A stretch of 64,000 nt of DNA. Origin: Lama guanicoe (Eukaryota). Position 1 is the stretch's first letter. Each line of letters opens with the position of its first letter. A model generated the notes under the pieces. That model was not told the DNA's origin. It searched no databases and saw only the letters and a program-made list of their open reading frames with translations. Position numbers and translations under genes: made by a program. Of the stretch, positions 1-12,240 are shown piece by piece. The stretch is from NCBI GenBank assembly GCA_013239625.1, contig MU054187.1, positions 9,445,231 through 9,509,230 on the forward strand, written 5' to 3'.

Positions 1-405
1 TTGGGGTCTGCAGCGTATCTTTTCGGAGCTGCCTCCTTGAAACGTTTCGGCATGCTCAGGTGTAGCCAGATGGCAAGCAACTAGCTTCATGCTGTCCTCA
101 GTGATGAAGGCTCAGAATTCACTCACCTTGATGAAGTGCCCTCCATCAGCAAAGTAGCACCACAGGATGAAACTGAACACCCTCATTATTCCATCCAAGC
201 CACCAACTGGCTGTGCCCACCAGCCAATGCCCAGAAGCCAAAGTCTTAAAAGACATCAGTGTGGAATTGCTGGTCATTCCTTAGAGAAAACCAATCAGCA
301 ACCTACCTGCATGTCATTAAACACACACTTACTGGACCTCTCCGACATTCCAGGCACAGTGCAGGTACTGGTCTTCAGAGCCGAGGAGCTTAACAGCCTG
401 GAGAA

Positions 406-426
406 AGAGAGAGAGAGAGAGAGAGA
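406..426. repeat. (AG)n microsatellite
   Basis: Direct read: agagagagagagagagagaga. Confidence 0.9.
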
Positions 427-532
427 TCTAAGACGACAATTATAATAGTGTGATAAACACCGGGCGCCGGGGAAGCCTATGAGGACACCGAGAAAGGCTT
501 CCTGAGAAGGTGATGCTCAAACAGAGCCTTTT

Positions 533-988
533 TCAGCCATAAAAAAGAATAAAATAATGCCACTTGCAGCAACATGGATGAATCTACAGATTATCATACT
601 AAAGTCAAGTCAGACAAAGAAAAATATCATATAATATCACTTATATGTGGAATCTAAAAAAAATGATACAAATGAACCCATTTACAAAACAGAAACAGAC
701 TCACAGACATAGAAAATAAACTTATGGTTACAAAAGGGGAAAAGGGGAGGGGGGATAAATTAGGAGTTTGGGATTAACAGATACACTCTACTATATACAA
801 AATAAACAACACGGATCTACTATATAGCACAGAGAACTATATTCAATATCTTGTAATAACCTATAATGGAAAAGAATCTGAAAAAGAATAGATATATAAA
901 TATATGTGTAACTGAATCACTATGCTGTACACCTAAAACTAACACAACATTGTAAATCAACTATACTTCAAGAAAAAAATAAATAAAA
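533..988 (+). mobile_element. 5'-truncated L1 3' end (cetartiodactyl/L1MA9-like 3'UTR) interrupting an L2 remnant
   Basis: Typical L1 3'UTR text (cagccataaaaaagaat...gcagcaacatggatg...cagactcacagacatagaaaataaacttatggttac...caactatacttcaa) ending in an A-rich tail; L2-like sequence on both sides. Confidence 0.9.
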
Positions 989-1259
989 GAACAAATAGGA
1001 GTTAGCAGGGCAAAGACAGCCGAGGGCACATCATGCATGTTTTCAGGGTGACTCCAACTCATAACTCTGATGCTCTTGAGATGAGAGAACGTGGGGCATT
1101 TGGGGAGATGCACTAGGGGGTTAGGGGATGGTCAAGGTGGCAAGAGATGAGACTGAAGGAGGAGAGTCAGTGGAGGCAAAATTTAAAGAGTTTCCTGATG
1201 AATTCTAAGGCTCTTTCAACCACTATCTGTATTTTTCTTAAAAACAGAACCATGAACGA

Positions 1260-1437
1260 ATAGAATTTTAAAGGCAGAAGAGAACTTGGACATCAACTAA
1301 TGTCATCTATTTTATACACAAGTAAGCTAAGTCCCCGGGAGGTCAAATTAGGATTGGAGGCAGCCCATGGAGTTGATGGGATGATGGCAGCTCACGTGTG
1401 TAGATTCTACAGTCCACTGAGCTCTTTCACTACCACA
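1260..1437 (-). mobile_element. MIR/MIR3 SINE remnant
   Basis: Degenerate reverse-strand MIR core (ttttatacacaagtaagctaagtccccgggaggtcaaa...ctctttcactaccacag). Confidence 0.55.
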
Positions 1438-2734
1438 GATCAGTAATGGAGGGGAGTGCAAACAAGTGGAAAGACCTCATCTCTCAGCAGCCCACAACCA
1501 CTGCCCGGCCGAGCGATCTTCAGGAAGCCCTTCCAGGGCTCCATACCCTACCTTCACGACTGCAGGAGGAAGAGGCCGGATCACTGGTGCTCTTCCCGGT
1601 TCTGGCACTCCATGTTGCTAGCATCTGACACCACGGAGCCTTGACTGCCAAGTTGGAAAGAAGGCAACTTCCTATGAGGACCTACAGTTAATAATTTTCT
1701 GAAGGTTTTCAGGGTGGCTCTAACCCATAACTCTAATCATAATCCATTTCCCGCTTAAATGAACTGGTCATAAATAATCTAACATCACCCTTATTGAAAC
1801 TATCTGCAATTAAACCCCCAAACGAGGTGCCTCCATAATCTTCAGAAAGCCCTCTGATCCCAGAGATATCCTTATCTCTCACTTCAGCTGAAACTGTTTT
1901 ATGATATGAAACCAAAGACCCAAAAGGAGAGCTTGCTTTCTTTTTTAGTTTAATTTTGGGCACTGAAAACCTACAGGGACATTTCATAACAAAGAATAGG
2001 ATAAATCGCACCTTCTGCCTTTCTCATCATTTATTATTCAAGACATTTGCGGGACAGCAGGCTCACATTACTTCGAACCCATCCAGGCCTGCTGGTAATT
2101 CTCATTATGAGCGAGGAGCACAGGCCGAGAGGCCCTTCATTTATCGCCAGTGGAACAGTGTGGCTGTCACTGCAAGGGCTGAAGAATCACGCGGGAACTC
2201 CTCAGCAGGAGCAAAAGGATTCCTCAGCAGCAGTGACCATGGTTCATCCAGGCAACCTGAGAAACAAGAGAAAAGAAAAGAAAATGTAAATTTGCTAAGT
2301 TTTTCAACAATGGCATTTTTAAAAAACACAAAGTTATGTGCTTCAAAGCACTGTGCTCCAGTGTAGAATCCAAACGTGAAAAAACTCAGCTCCTCCCTCA
2401 AGGAGCTTACAATCAAACAGGGAAGATGGAAAATGAATTAGCAGGTGCAAGAAACAGGTATGTGGTACCAGCTGAGTTCAGAGAGGAGAGCAATCCCAGC
2501 AGACTGGGTGGTCAGTGAGGCCTCCCGCAAGCAGGGCAGGGGCAGGACTGGGGCAGGAATTGGGGGTGGGGGTGGGAAGTGGGGGGGCAGCACCTGCCCC
2601 CCAGTTCTGGGGGGCAGGAGGTCACCTCCCCCTCACCCCACACTCCCCTTCACTTAATTACTTCCCTCACAGCACTCACACACCCTGGATTTCCAGCCTC
2701 CTTCCCTTTCTTCCACCCTTCGTTCTCTTGTTCA

Positions 2735-2830
2735 CGTGTGTCTCCCCCACTAGAGGGCGAGCTCCACGTGAGCCTTGTTCTCTTCAGTGCCTAGAACGGT
2801 GCCTGGCTTGGAACTGGTGCTCATGAATGT
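2735..2830 (+). mobile_element. L2 3'-end remnant
   Basis: tgtctcccccactaga...gagctcc...cagtgcctagaacggtgcctggc...gtgctcatgaatg resembles the L2 3' terminus. Confidence 0.6.
2747..2760 (+). promoter_or_regulatory. Candidate CTCF-binding motif
   Basis: CCACTAGAGGGCGA matches the core CCASYAGRKGGCRS at 13/14 positions; flanked by CACGTG at 2733-2738 and 2765-2770. Confidence 0.45.
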
Positions 2831-4019
2831 GTAAAGGCAGGAAGGCAAGGCAGACATGTAGGAAACAAGGGAGGAAGGGAGGCAGGGAGGGAAGGGACCA
2901 TCCGCAGAAATGGATTCAAGTCCCTACTCACCTTTGCTGTACATCAAATTGAGATTTCAAAGACTGATGTGGATAACTTCCACCAAGACATCTGCCCTGA
3001 TGCCTTCAGCTCACCTCATTCTTAACCTGGCCCTAAATTCTTTTACAGTTGTGTGTCTGGCCGCTCCCCACCACACCCCCACCAAGCTGCACGATCCCTT
3101 GCATTTGTTGTGCCTTTGTTCCTGCTGTTCCCTGTGCCAGGAATGTCACCCCTTTGTTGGGCCTTTCTCTGCCAGATGAACTCCCACTCTTTCTTCAAAA
3201 CACAAGGTAGCAATTTAGCAATATGTATCAAAATGCTAAATATGCACTCCTTTTGAGCCATCAATTCACTTCTGTGAGTATATCCTTGGGGTTCTCTCAC
3301 ATCGGGCAAGTGTCACCTCTTCTGGGAAGCTCTCTACACTCTGAAGCCGGCCCCTGGCTCCCCTGTGTTCCAGCAGCACGCAGAGCATCCCTTTCATACA
3401 TCACGTACCCCACAGTGTGTAACTATCGTTTACAAGTTGTTCTCCTCATATTAAACCTTAGCTCCTCAAGAAACTTACAATCTTGAGGGTGGACAAACAA
3501 AGATGTAAGTTGGAGAGCAAATGAATACACAAACACATACTTTCAGATAAGAGCTGAAAACAAAAAGGATAATGCAATCTCCAAAGAAAGAATGAGAATC
3601 TCCCCTTTCTAACTTACTGTGCACTTACTGTGTGTGTATTATGATTAACATGTTTTAAAATGTGAATTCTCTTCTAGGTGTCTGTACTGTGCATTCTCTT
3701 TGATATTCATTCTATGGTATGTTGCAGGTATCTGGGTACTGTCTGCCCAAGTATGCCATAAGATTATAGCAGCAGAATCCATATCCTATACATCTTTTGC
3801 CTGCCCCATGTCACCTAGCACAGCAGGATTTCAGTAACTCCCTGGTTGGTCATAAAAATAATTTTAAGCACAGGTGCTACTAATGAGACTGAAACATCAT
3901 CTTTGAATAAAATGATCAAACACACGGAGAGAGATCAATCCAAAAATGGAGAGTGTTCAGGATTAACTTTAACAGAGATCTGTGCCTCTCCCCTGACCAG
4001 TTCAGATTTTTTAATAAAA

Positions 4020-4055
<36 letters not shown>
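4020..4055. repeat. (AAGC)9 tetranucleotide microsatellite
   Basis: Nine perfect AAGC units following an A run. Confidence 0.95.
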
Positions 4056-4246
4056 TCTGAGGCTATAGACAAATATAACCCAAAAGGTAATATGAATTTA
4101 TTTAAAGTGAATTTGTGACTTATAAGAATCTTTACTTTGAAGGAGTGTAGAAACCCACAGGAAGTGAAACATGCACAGCCTCTAATTTCTATACCCTCTA
4201 TTTTCTGTTTTATAGCAGCGTCCTAAGAGAATAATTGCTATCATTA

Positions 4247-5084
4247 NNNNNNNNNNNNNNNNNNNNNNNNNNNNNNNNNNNNNNNNNNNNNNNNNNNNNN
4301 NNNNNNNNNNNNNNNNNNNNNNNNNNNNNNNNNNNNNNNNNNNNNNNNNNNNNNNNNNNNNNNNNNNNNNNNNNNNNNNNNNNNNNNNNNNNNNNNNNNN
4401 NNNNNNNNNNNNNNNNNNNNNNNNNNNNNNNNNNNNNNNNNNNNNNNNNNNNNNNNNNNNNNNNNNNNNNNNNNNNNNNNNNNNNNNNNNNNNNNNNNNN
4501 NNNNNNNNNNNNNNNNNNNNNNNNNNNNNNNNNNNNNNNNNNNNNNNNNNNNNNNNNNNNNNNNNNNNNNNNNNNNNNNNNNNNNNNNNNNNNNNNNNNN
4601 NNNNNNNNNNNNNNNNNNNNNNNNNNNNNNNNNNNNNNNNNNNNNNNNNNNNNNNNNNNNNNNNNNNNNNNNNNNNNNNNNNNNNNNNNNNNNNNNNNNN
4701 NNNNNNNNNNNNNNNNNNNNNNNNNNNNNNNNNNNNNNNNNNNNNNNNNNNNNNNNNNNNNNNNNNNNNNNNNNNNNNNNNNNNNNNNNNNNNNNNNNNN
4801 NNNNNNNNNNNNNNNNNNNNNNNNNNNNNNNNNNNNNNNNNNNNNNNNNNNNNNNNNNNNNNNNNNNNNNNNNNNNNNNNNNNNNNNNNNNNNNNNNNNN
4901 NNNNNNNNNNNNNNNNNNNNNNNNNNNNNNNNNNNNNNNNNNNNNNNNNNNNNNNNNNNNNNNNNNNNNNNNNNNNNNNNNNNNNNNNNNNNNNNNNNNN
5001 NNNNNNNNNNNNNNNNNNNNNNNNNNNNNNNNNNNNNNNNNNNNNNNNNNNNNNNNNNNNNNNNNNNNNNNNNNNNNNNNNNNN
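4247..5084. other. Assembly gap (838 N) inside copy 1 of a tandem duplication
   Basis: Run of N; both flanks recur in copy 2, separated there by 985 bp (5980-6964). Confidence 1.
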
Positions 5085-6441
5085 AGTTTTCAAGTGAAGG
5101 TAGACTAGTAAATATTCCCAGAACCACCCTGCTTAGCCCCTTCCTGCCGATTGGTTATTCAGGTTTTCCTAGAATACCATGAGATTTCTTCTCATCAATC
5201 TATGTTCCACATGTTGTAAGTAAGACATAGTCACTTATTAATTCAACAAATTTTTCAAGCATCTACTACATGCCAGCATGTAGTGGGTGGATCCAGATGT
5301 CAAAACCACTAACTAGACAAATAAATATATAGTCACCAGTTGTGAGAAGGGCCACAGCAGGAAAGCATGGGTGCTCTTAGAGGGGGAATTACTTTTGTCA
5401 CAAATGACATGATGTACGTAAAGTACTTAGCACGGGGCTTGGCTCCTAACAGGCCCTCAGTGTATGTATATTCTTTGGCCAAATTCTCTCTAAATAGTAG
5501 TTTTGGCACAATGTCTTCCTGGATGAGGCCCATATCCTGCCAAACTGTTCTAACTGGCTGCTAATTTACTCCTTGCTTTTACTTTCTGTGCTAAATTATT
5601 AGTCCCAAAATAGCACTTTTATTATACTGCCTAATTGTATCCCATGCAAAGGAGTTTGGACTCTTTCCTGTAAGCCAGCTGTGAGGTCTCAGATGGGAGA
5701 AATGTAGGTAAGCAGGATTCTTGGTCACCTGTCCCCCTTATTCTAAAGGAAAATAAAGGTGCTGTTATCACGGGGGAGAAAAGGAGGGACGGATGACAGG
5801 CAGGTCACTGCGACATTCAGTATTTCTGTTGAGTTAATTAATTCACCCAGTTTGCCAAATAAAGTTTGTTTTTTTTTAATAGACTTTATTTAAATAAGTT
5901 TTGACCAATAAGGGAGGTGAGGAGGGAAGGAGAGAGTAGCTATTATAGCAGCGTCCTAAGAGAATAATTGCTATCATTAGAAGAAGTGTATTTATAAAAG
6001 AAAACAATGATGCTTATTTAGAAATTCCTTCAGAATGCCAGGGAGTATAGTAGGAAACTGATATTACTAGGGTCCTGGCCTTCAATGTTGGGTCTGGGTG
6101 AAGAACTAATGATTTTCAAATGCAATCTCTGTCCTCGCTGTCAGTGCAACTAGCAAGTACAGAAAACCTGGCTTTTTTTAAAGGGCCTGTGTGGAGATTG
6201 GTGTTAAATCTTCTTTGCCGTTTTAATAAACTGTTAAAATTGAGGATCAAATGATCTTATGAACGCTTCAGACTTGTTGAAATCACATCTCTTCAAACTT
6301 GAAATTTTTCATCACACTAAGCCCTTCTCCCTCCCAGACATTAACTATCCTCAAAGAGTTCTGACGGGGCTCTCAATTTTACTAAGAGGAAAAAAAGATA
6401 TTCTAGATGAAACTTCCTCATCTTCCGCTGTAAGAATGCTT

Positions 6442-6650
6442 TAGCTAACATCTGCGGAGTGCTTACAATGCCAGGCTCTGTTAAATGTTTTACGTGCTTT
6501 GTCTCTCTTAAAATTTATAACAAGTCTAAGTGGTTAGTCCTGTTGTGAGCTATGTTGCAGACGAGCACACTGAAGCGCAGAGAAGTGATCTGCCCAGGAT
6601 TCCAGAAGAAGGAAATGTCGACTCTGGGACTTGAACCCTGGCATCCAGAC
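6442..6650 (-). mobile_element. MIR SINE
   Basis: tagctaacat...gtgcttacaatgccaggc...gcagacgagcacactgaagcgcagagaagtga...gggacttgaaccctgg is the reverse complement of MIR. Confidence 0.75.
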
Positions 6651-8721
6651 ACTGTGGCCACACTGCAAATCTTTTCAGAACACCTCTGGACGTGGAATCA
6701 CATTCTTCCTTCCAGTACTGTATATGGTACACACCATTTGGGTTGTCTTTCAGCATGCAGTAACCTTTTCTTTCTGAGAACTGCCTTCCCCACCAAACAC
6801 AAGGGGAAAATCCTGCAGACAGTTCCTACTATGTGACTCTACCCTTTTGGTCATAACTGGATCCTGAGTGGACACCCGATCCAAGCTTGGCCAATCAGTA
6901 TCTATCAAGTATTTAAACTGAGAGCCACAGTGCGGAAGCATTGGTAGCTGTAATATTAACGGCCAGTTTTCAAGTGAAGGTAGACTAGTAAATATTCCCA
7001 GAACCACCCTGCTTAGCCCCTTCCTGCCGATTGGTTATTCAGGTTTTCCTAGAATACCATGAGATTTCTTCTCATCAATCTATGTTCCACATGTTGTAAG
7101 TAAGACATAGTCACTTATTAATTCAACAAATTTTTCAAGCATCTACTACATGCCAGCATGTAGTGGGTGGATCCAGATGTCAAAACCACTAACTAGACAA
7201 ATAAATATATAGTCACCAGTTGTGAGAAGGGCCACAGCAGGAAAGCATGGGTGCTCTTAGAGGGGGAATTACTTTTGTCACAAATGACATGATGTACGTA
7301 AAGTACTTAGCACGGGGCTTGGCTCCTAACAGGCCCTCAGTGTATGTATATTCTTTGGCCAAATTCTCAATGACAGGCACTGCGACATTCAGTATTTCTG
7401 TTGAGTTAATTAATTCACCCAGTTTGCCAAATAAAGTTTGTTTTTTTTTAATAGACTTTATTTAAATAAGTTTTGACCAATAAGGGAGGTGAGGAGGGAA
7501 GGAGAGAGTAGCTCTGAGGCACGTCCTTCCTTCTTCAGCAATGGAGAGAGCCGTTTGATTGCTCAGAGCAAACTGCGGTGGGGATGGTCAGTTCAATAGA
7601 AAAGTTCAGCCATCTGCTCAGCCTTCACCCCCTCCCCCTTCTCCGAGGTCCAGCGGATATCTGGGGGTTGGAGACATTCTCTTTGGGGAGCCTGACCGGG
7701 TGCTACTCTGTCATCTCCTCTCCTCCTCCTTCTTTTCTTTCATCTCCTTCCCATTCTGAAGCACTTTGTGACATTTACTGTGGCTACACAAGATAGCAAT
7801 CAATTGTAGGAGGACCTAGCTTGTTTACAATGGGACTTATAACTATAGGAAATAGGGTTTATTCCTGGAAAGGATAATTAAGGCATAAGAGCTCTGTTTT
7901 ATGAATCATACCATCCTGTGTGGAAGCAAAGTGCACCTTAAGAAAAAATCATTACTGTTCATAAAACCGAATCTGAGCCTGCCCCTAAAGGAGTAGTGAA
8001 TTTGATGAAATGCACTCCTCTCTCCAGGGAAACGCTATGATATCCATTAAATGGCAACTCTGAAATGACCTAGGACTTAGGAAAATTGCTTATAAACTAG
8101 CACTTAAACATAAAATTCCTTGACTGTCAGCTTTTTCTCCCTTCAATTTTAAAATATAAGTTAAAAGAGATCCTCAGAGAAAATTCAACAGATAGAAAAT
8201 GTTGCTTTCATTCTGCTCTAACTCCATGGTAGCCTGTCAACCCAATCAACTCAGTATGAATTGAGCATCTCTCACCCTGAGCCCAGGAGTCTCTACTTTT
8301 CTCCTTATTACCAGTATGAATTCTGGCAGGGACAGAGGGCATTTGTCCACGGGATTAAGTGGTTTGGATCTCAGCTACATGGCCTGCCTCCCTCCCATCA
8401 CTGACCCTTACATTCTAACATCACTTTCTTAGGAAGCCAAATGGAAAACAGCTGATTTCGAGATTCTCAAAGATGTTTTCTACTGATGATAGTTTCAAAA
8501 GCCAATGTGTAAAAGCTCTAGGGGCCTGACAGAATAAAGTAGAATCACTTTATAAAGGATGAACATCATTCAGAACAGACTTTGGAATAAGCCCACATCC
8601 TAAAAACTGAGGGCAAGAACCATTCACTTAACAAACATTTACTGACTTGGAACTAAGTATTCAAACTAGTATAAAGACAACCACTTTAATTACTTTCAGG
8701 AACAGTATAGGTTTATACAAT

Positions 8722-8880
8722 ACTGAAAACTACATTTGCTGTTTTGATGCCCAGTATCCATTCCCCCTTCTGATATCAGTACCCAATTTTGCCTCCCCCA
8801 TTGGGTTCAGTCTGGGTGGAATAGCTCAGTCTTGGTATTCTGTCCAAGACCCAAACTAAGTCAACTGGACACCAATCAGG
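8722..8880 (+). mobile_element. Old ERVL LTR fragment (LTR16-like)
   Basis: tttgctgttttgatgcccagtatccattcccccttctg...gacccaaact...ccaatcag; a similar fragment lies at ~6735-6905. Confidence 0.4.
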
Positions 8881-9194
8881 GAGAATTATGTAAAGGTGCT
8901 ATGGAGATACAGCATGGGATTCATAACTCTGCCAGGAAAGATCAGGGAAGACTTCCTGAAGTAAGTGATGGTAGCTCTGAGTCATGAAAGCCAATTAAGA
9001 GTTAGAGAAACAGGGTGAAAAATAAAGACATTCTAGGAGCATCATGTGCAAAAGAAAAGAGACATAGCAGAGAAGGAGGAGGAGGGAACAACCGCCACAA
9101 CCACAACAGCAGCAGCAGCATATCTGGAGACCAGACAGGGCCCAGGTACGACTGGAGTCAACGGTGAACACACATGTCAATTTTGTTCCAATAA

Positions 9195-9330
9195 AGAATT
9201 TGAAAACAATATTGATGTTCAGGCCTCACTCCACATCTACTGAATCAGAATCTTTGGGACTGAGGCCAGGCATCAGCCTTATGTAAAAGTTCCCCAGATA
9301 ATTCTAATTATAGCCAGAAAACCAGCACTC
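9195..9330. mobile_element. MER5A-like hAT-Charlie fragment
   Basis: ggcctcactccacatctactgaatcagaatctttggg...aagttccccagataattctaat is typical of MER5A. Confidence 0.65.
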
Positions 9331-10799
9331 CAGGCAATAAAAGGCAAACACCTTGCCTGCAAAGCAGACCCTTCACGGTCTGGTCTCAGACTTCACTTTC
9401 CATCTCTCATCCCTTTTACTTTTTTGTGCCAACAATACTAAACTTCTTGTAGATCTTCAAACATATCGTGCCTCCTTGACCATTTTACAGGGGCTCCTCC
9501 TTCCAGCCAGGTTACCCTCCTCCTGGCTGGACATCTGAAATGTTGTCATTCTTCACGGCCCAGCTCAAAGTCTAGTTTCTCCAGAGAGTATCCTCTGACT
9601 CCACTACAGGTGAGGAGTTTCTTCCCCCACCTTTACCCAGAACCTTATCCCTCTCTCCACTGGAATGACAGTTTTTATATCTCCTTCCACTCTAATCTCT
9701 GAGCAAGGACCCTGTCTTGTCTTATTTTTGTATCTCTAGCCTAGTACACATGATTGCTACCCAACAAACATTTGAAAATACTGCAGGGAAAAAGGAATCC
9801 ATCCACCTCCTTCTTCTGATGGACCCCGTATGGTCATCATTTCTTCCACTCAGGTAAAAAGCCCTAAGGCCTTTAGAATTCCTTTTCAGAGTAGTCATAT
9901 AGGAGGAACCCTTGCTTAAATTTAGAAAGAATAAGATGTTCCTGTTCATCTTGATCTATTTCGATAAATCCAGAACTGAGGAGGTGGGACAGACTGCCCT
10001 GGGCCAGGTAATCTTTTCAGTGTTCCATACAGCAACCTCTTGGCCTTGTCTAGTGTTGGAGAATACATACAAATACACAGAACGACAGTTCTGTCTCCTC
10101 AACTAGACCACAGGCCGCTCAGGAACAAGAGCTGTATTTCACACGCTGCAGATTCATAGGCTGTAACACAGTGTCTGGGTCAGAAGATTTGATAAATATA
10201 TAGAAAATAAAATAGTTAATAAATCTTAGCCCTATTGCCTAAATAGACAGTACATCTTAAGAATTCAGTCTGCTCTCATCTCTTCCTTACAGCTGTCACC
10301 ATCTTTTCTATCCTTTGGGATTTCTTCTTTCCTTCAGCAAATATTTATTAAGACCCTACTTTGTCTATGTGCTGTGATACAGGAATAAATTGAAAAACAA
10401 AAACAAAAAAATCCCAATAATCTCTGCCCTCACAAAGTTATATTCTGGTGTGAGAGAGAGGTAACAAAAAAGCAAAACAATAGATAAATATAATTTCAGA
10501 TAATAAATGCTATGAAGGAAATAATCAGCATGTTATGATAGAAAATATCTGGATTGAGCAAGCCCAGTAGAATCAGCAGGAAGAATCTATCTGGAGCCCT
10601 GCTGACATTAAGTGGCCAGGGGAAGGGCTTTCCTTCCCACACTGGTGCTAACACTCCCCTCTCTGAAAGGTACCAAATAGTTAGGAAACATGGGATTCTG
10701 ACACAAGTGCTCAACCCAGGAAGTACTTTCTTCCCCACCAGGCCTCTCTGCAGGCCCAGGGGAGCTCCTTCTACCCCTCAGGCAACACCAGCAAGGATC

Positions 10800-12240
10800 T
10801 GTGAACCAGATAAACCAAGCTGATCAAAACAGTATCACAAAGGCTGTGAAATTAAAATGTCATTGAAACCACAGTCTCAAAAGTAGTCAAGGACTTACAT
10901 GCAAAACCTAAACAGAGTGACTATCTTCAAACATAAAGTATTAAATAAGATCCAGAGTCTTCTGACATTCATGATATTTGGGATATAACCCAAATCACCT
11001 ATTATATCAAGAAATGAGAAAATCACAGCTTGAATGAGAAAAGACAATAGACACCAATACCTAGATGAATCAGATGTTGGAATTATCTGGCAAGGATTTT
11101 AAAGCAGCCATCATAAAAATGCTCCAACAAGCAATTAAAAATGAAACAAATGAAAAAATATAAAATCTCAGCAAAGAAACAGAAGTTATAGGAACCAAAT
11201 GTCAATTAGATAACTGACAAATACAATAAACAAAATGAAAAAAAAAACTGGATGGATTCGAAAGTAGAGTGGAGATAACAGGACTGAATCAATTAGCATG
11301 AGGATAGATCAGTAGAATTTACCTAGTATTAACAACAAAGAGAAAATAGGCTGAAAAGAAAAGTGAACAGAGCCTCAGGGACTTGTAGGGTAAACAACAA
11401 AAGATCCAACACTAGTATCATTGGTGTCCTAAGAGGAGAAATAGAGTAGTTGAAAGAGTATTCCAAGAAATAATGGCTAAAACCTTCCCAAATTTGGTAA
11501 TACATACATATATACATACATACATAACGTAACAACATAACATACATACACACACACATAAAAATTTAAAAATAAACCCTCAGATTCAAGAAACTGAGTG
11601 AATTTTAAATAGAATAAAACCAAAGAAATCTATATCAAGACACATCATAAGTAAACTTCTCAAAACTAAAAACAAAGAAAAAAAATCTTCACAGCAGCCA
11701 GAGAGAAAAAACATTACCTATAGTACAAACACCATTTTGAATGGCAGTAGATTTCTCACCTGAAACTACAGTGACAAGAAGGAAGTAGAACATTTTTCAA
11801 GGCTGGAACAAAAACCCACTGCCAACCATGAATTTATATCTGACAAAACTATCCTTTAAGAATGAAGGGGAAATAAAGACATTCCCAGATGAAAGGAAAC
11901 TAAAACAACTTGTTGCGGGCAGATCTACCCTGAAAGAATGGCTAAAGGATGTTTTTCGAACAGAAAGAAAATGATAGAAGATGAGAACTTGTAGCATCAG
12001 GAAGAAAGAACAATAGGAAGAGCAGAAATATGGGCAAACACAATAGACCATCCTTCTCCTTGTGAATTTTCTGAATTATATTTGATGCTTGAACCAAAAA
12101 TAACACTAGCTAACACCCAAGGCAATGATATTTAAAAGTAGAAAAAGTAAAGGGACCCAAATGAAAGTAAGGTTTCCCCACTTGATTCAAAGTGGTAAAA
12201 TGCTGATACTATTAGACTGGTATCCATAGCAACTACTGTG
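10800..12240 (+). mobile_element. Old L1 (L1M/L1MC-MD type) 5' region with decayed ORF1
   Basis: A-rich L1 ORF1-like text (aaggattttaaagcagccatcataaaaatgctc; cagattcaagaaactgagtgaat; aaactatcctttaagaatgaaggggaaataaagacattcccagat) with many stops. Confidence 0.85.

Larger units (their letters stand above)
4210..7513 (+). repeat. Head-to-tail tandem duplication: copy 1 4210-5941, copy 2 5943-7513
   Basis: 4210-4246 = 5943-5979; 5085-5488 = 6965-7368 (offset 1880); 5806-5941 = 7378-7513 (offset 1572); no substitutions seen by eye. Confidence 0.95.

Noticed and set aside
4182..5182. Three ~300-aa ORFs in the ORF track
   Set aside because: They consist almost entirely of X translated from the N gap
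5367..7465. Pair of similar ORFs (MGALRGGITF...) as paralogous genes
   Set aside because: By-product of the tandem duplication; the sequence overlaps a MIR-like fragment and shows no coding signature
9070..9120. GAG/ACA/GCA runs suggesting a low-complexity coding stretch
   Set aside because: Embedded among L2 and MER5 remnants, with no splice sites or extended ORF
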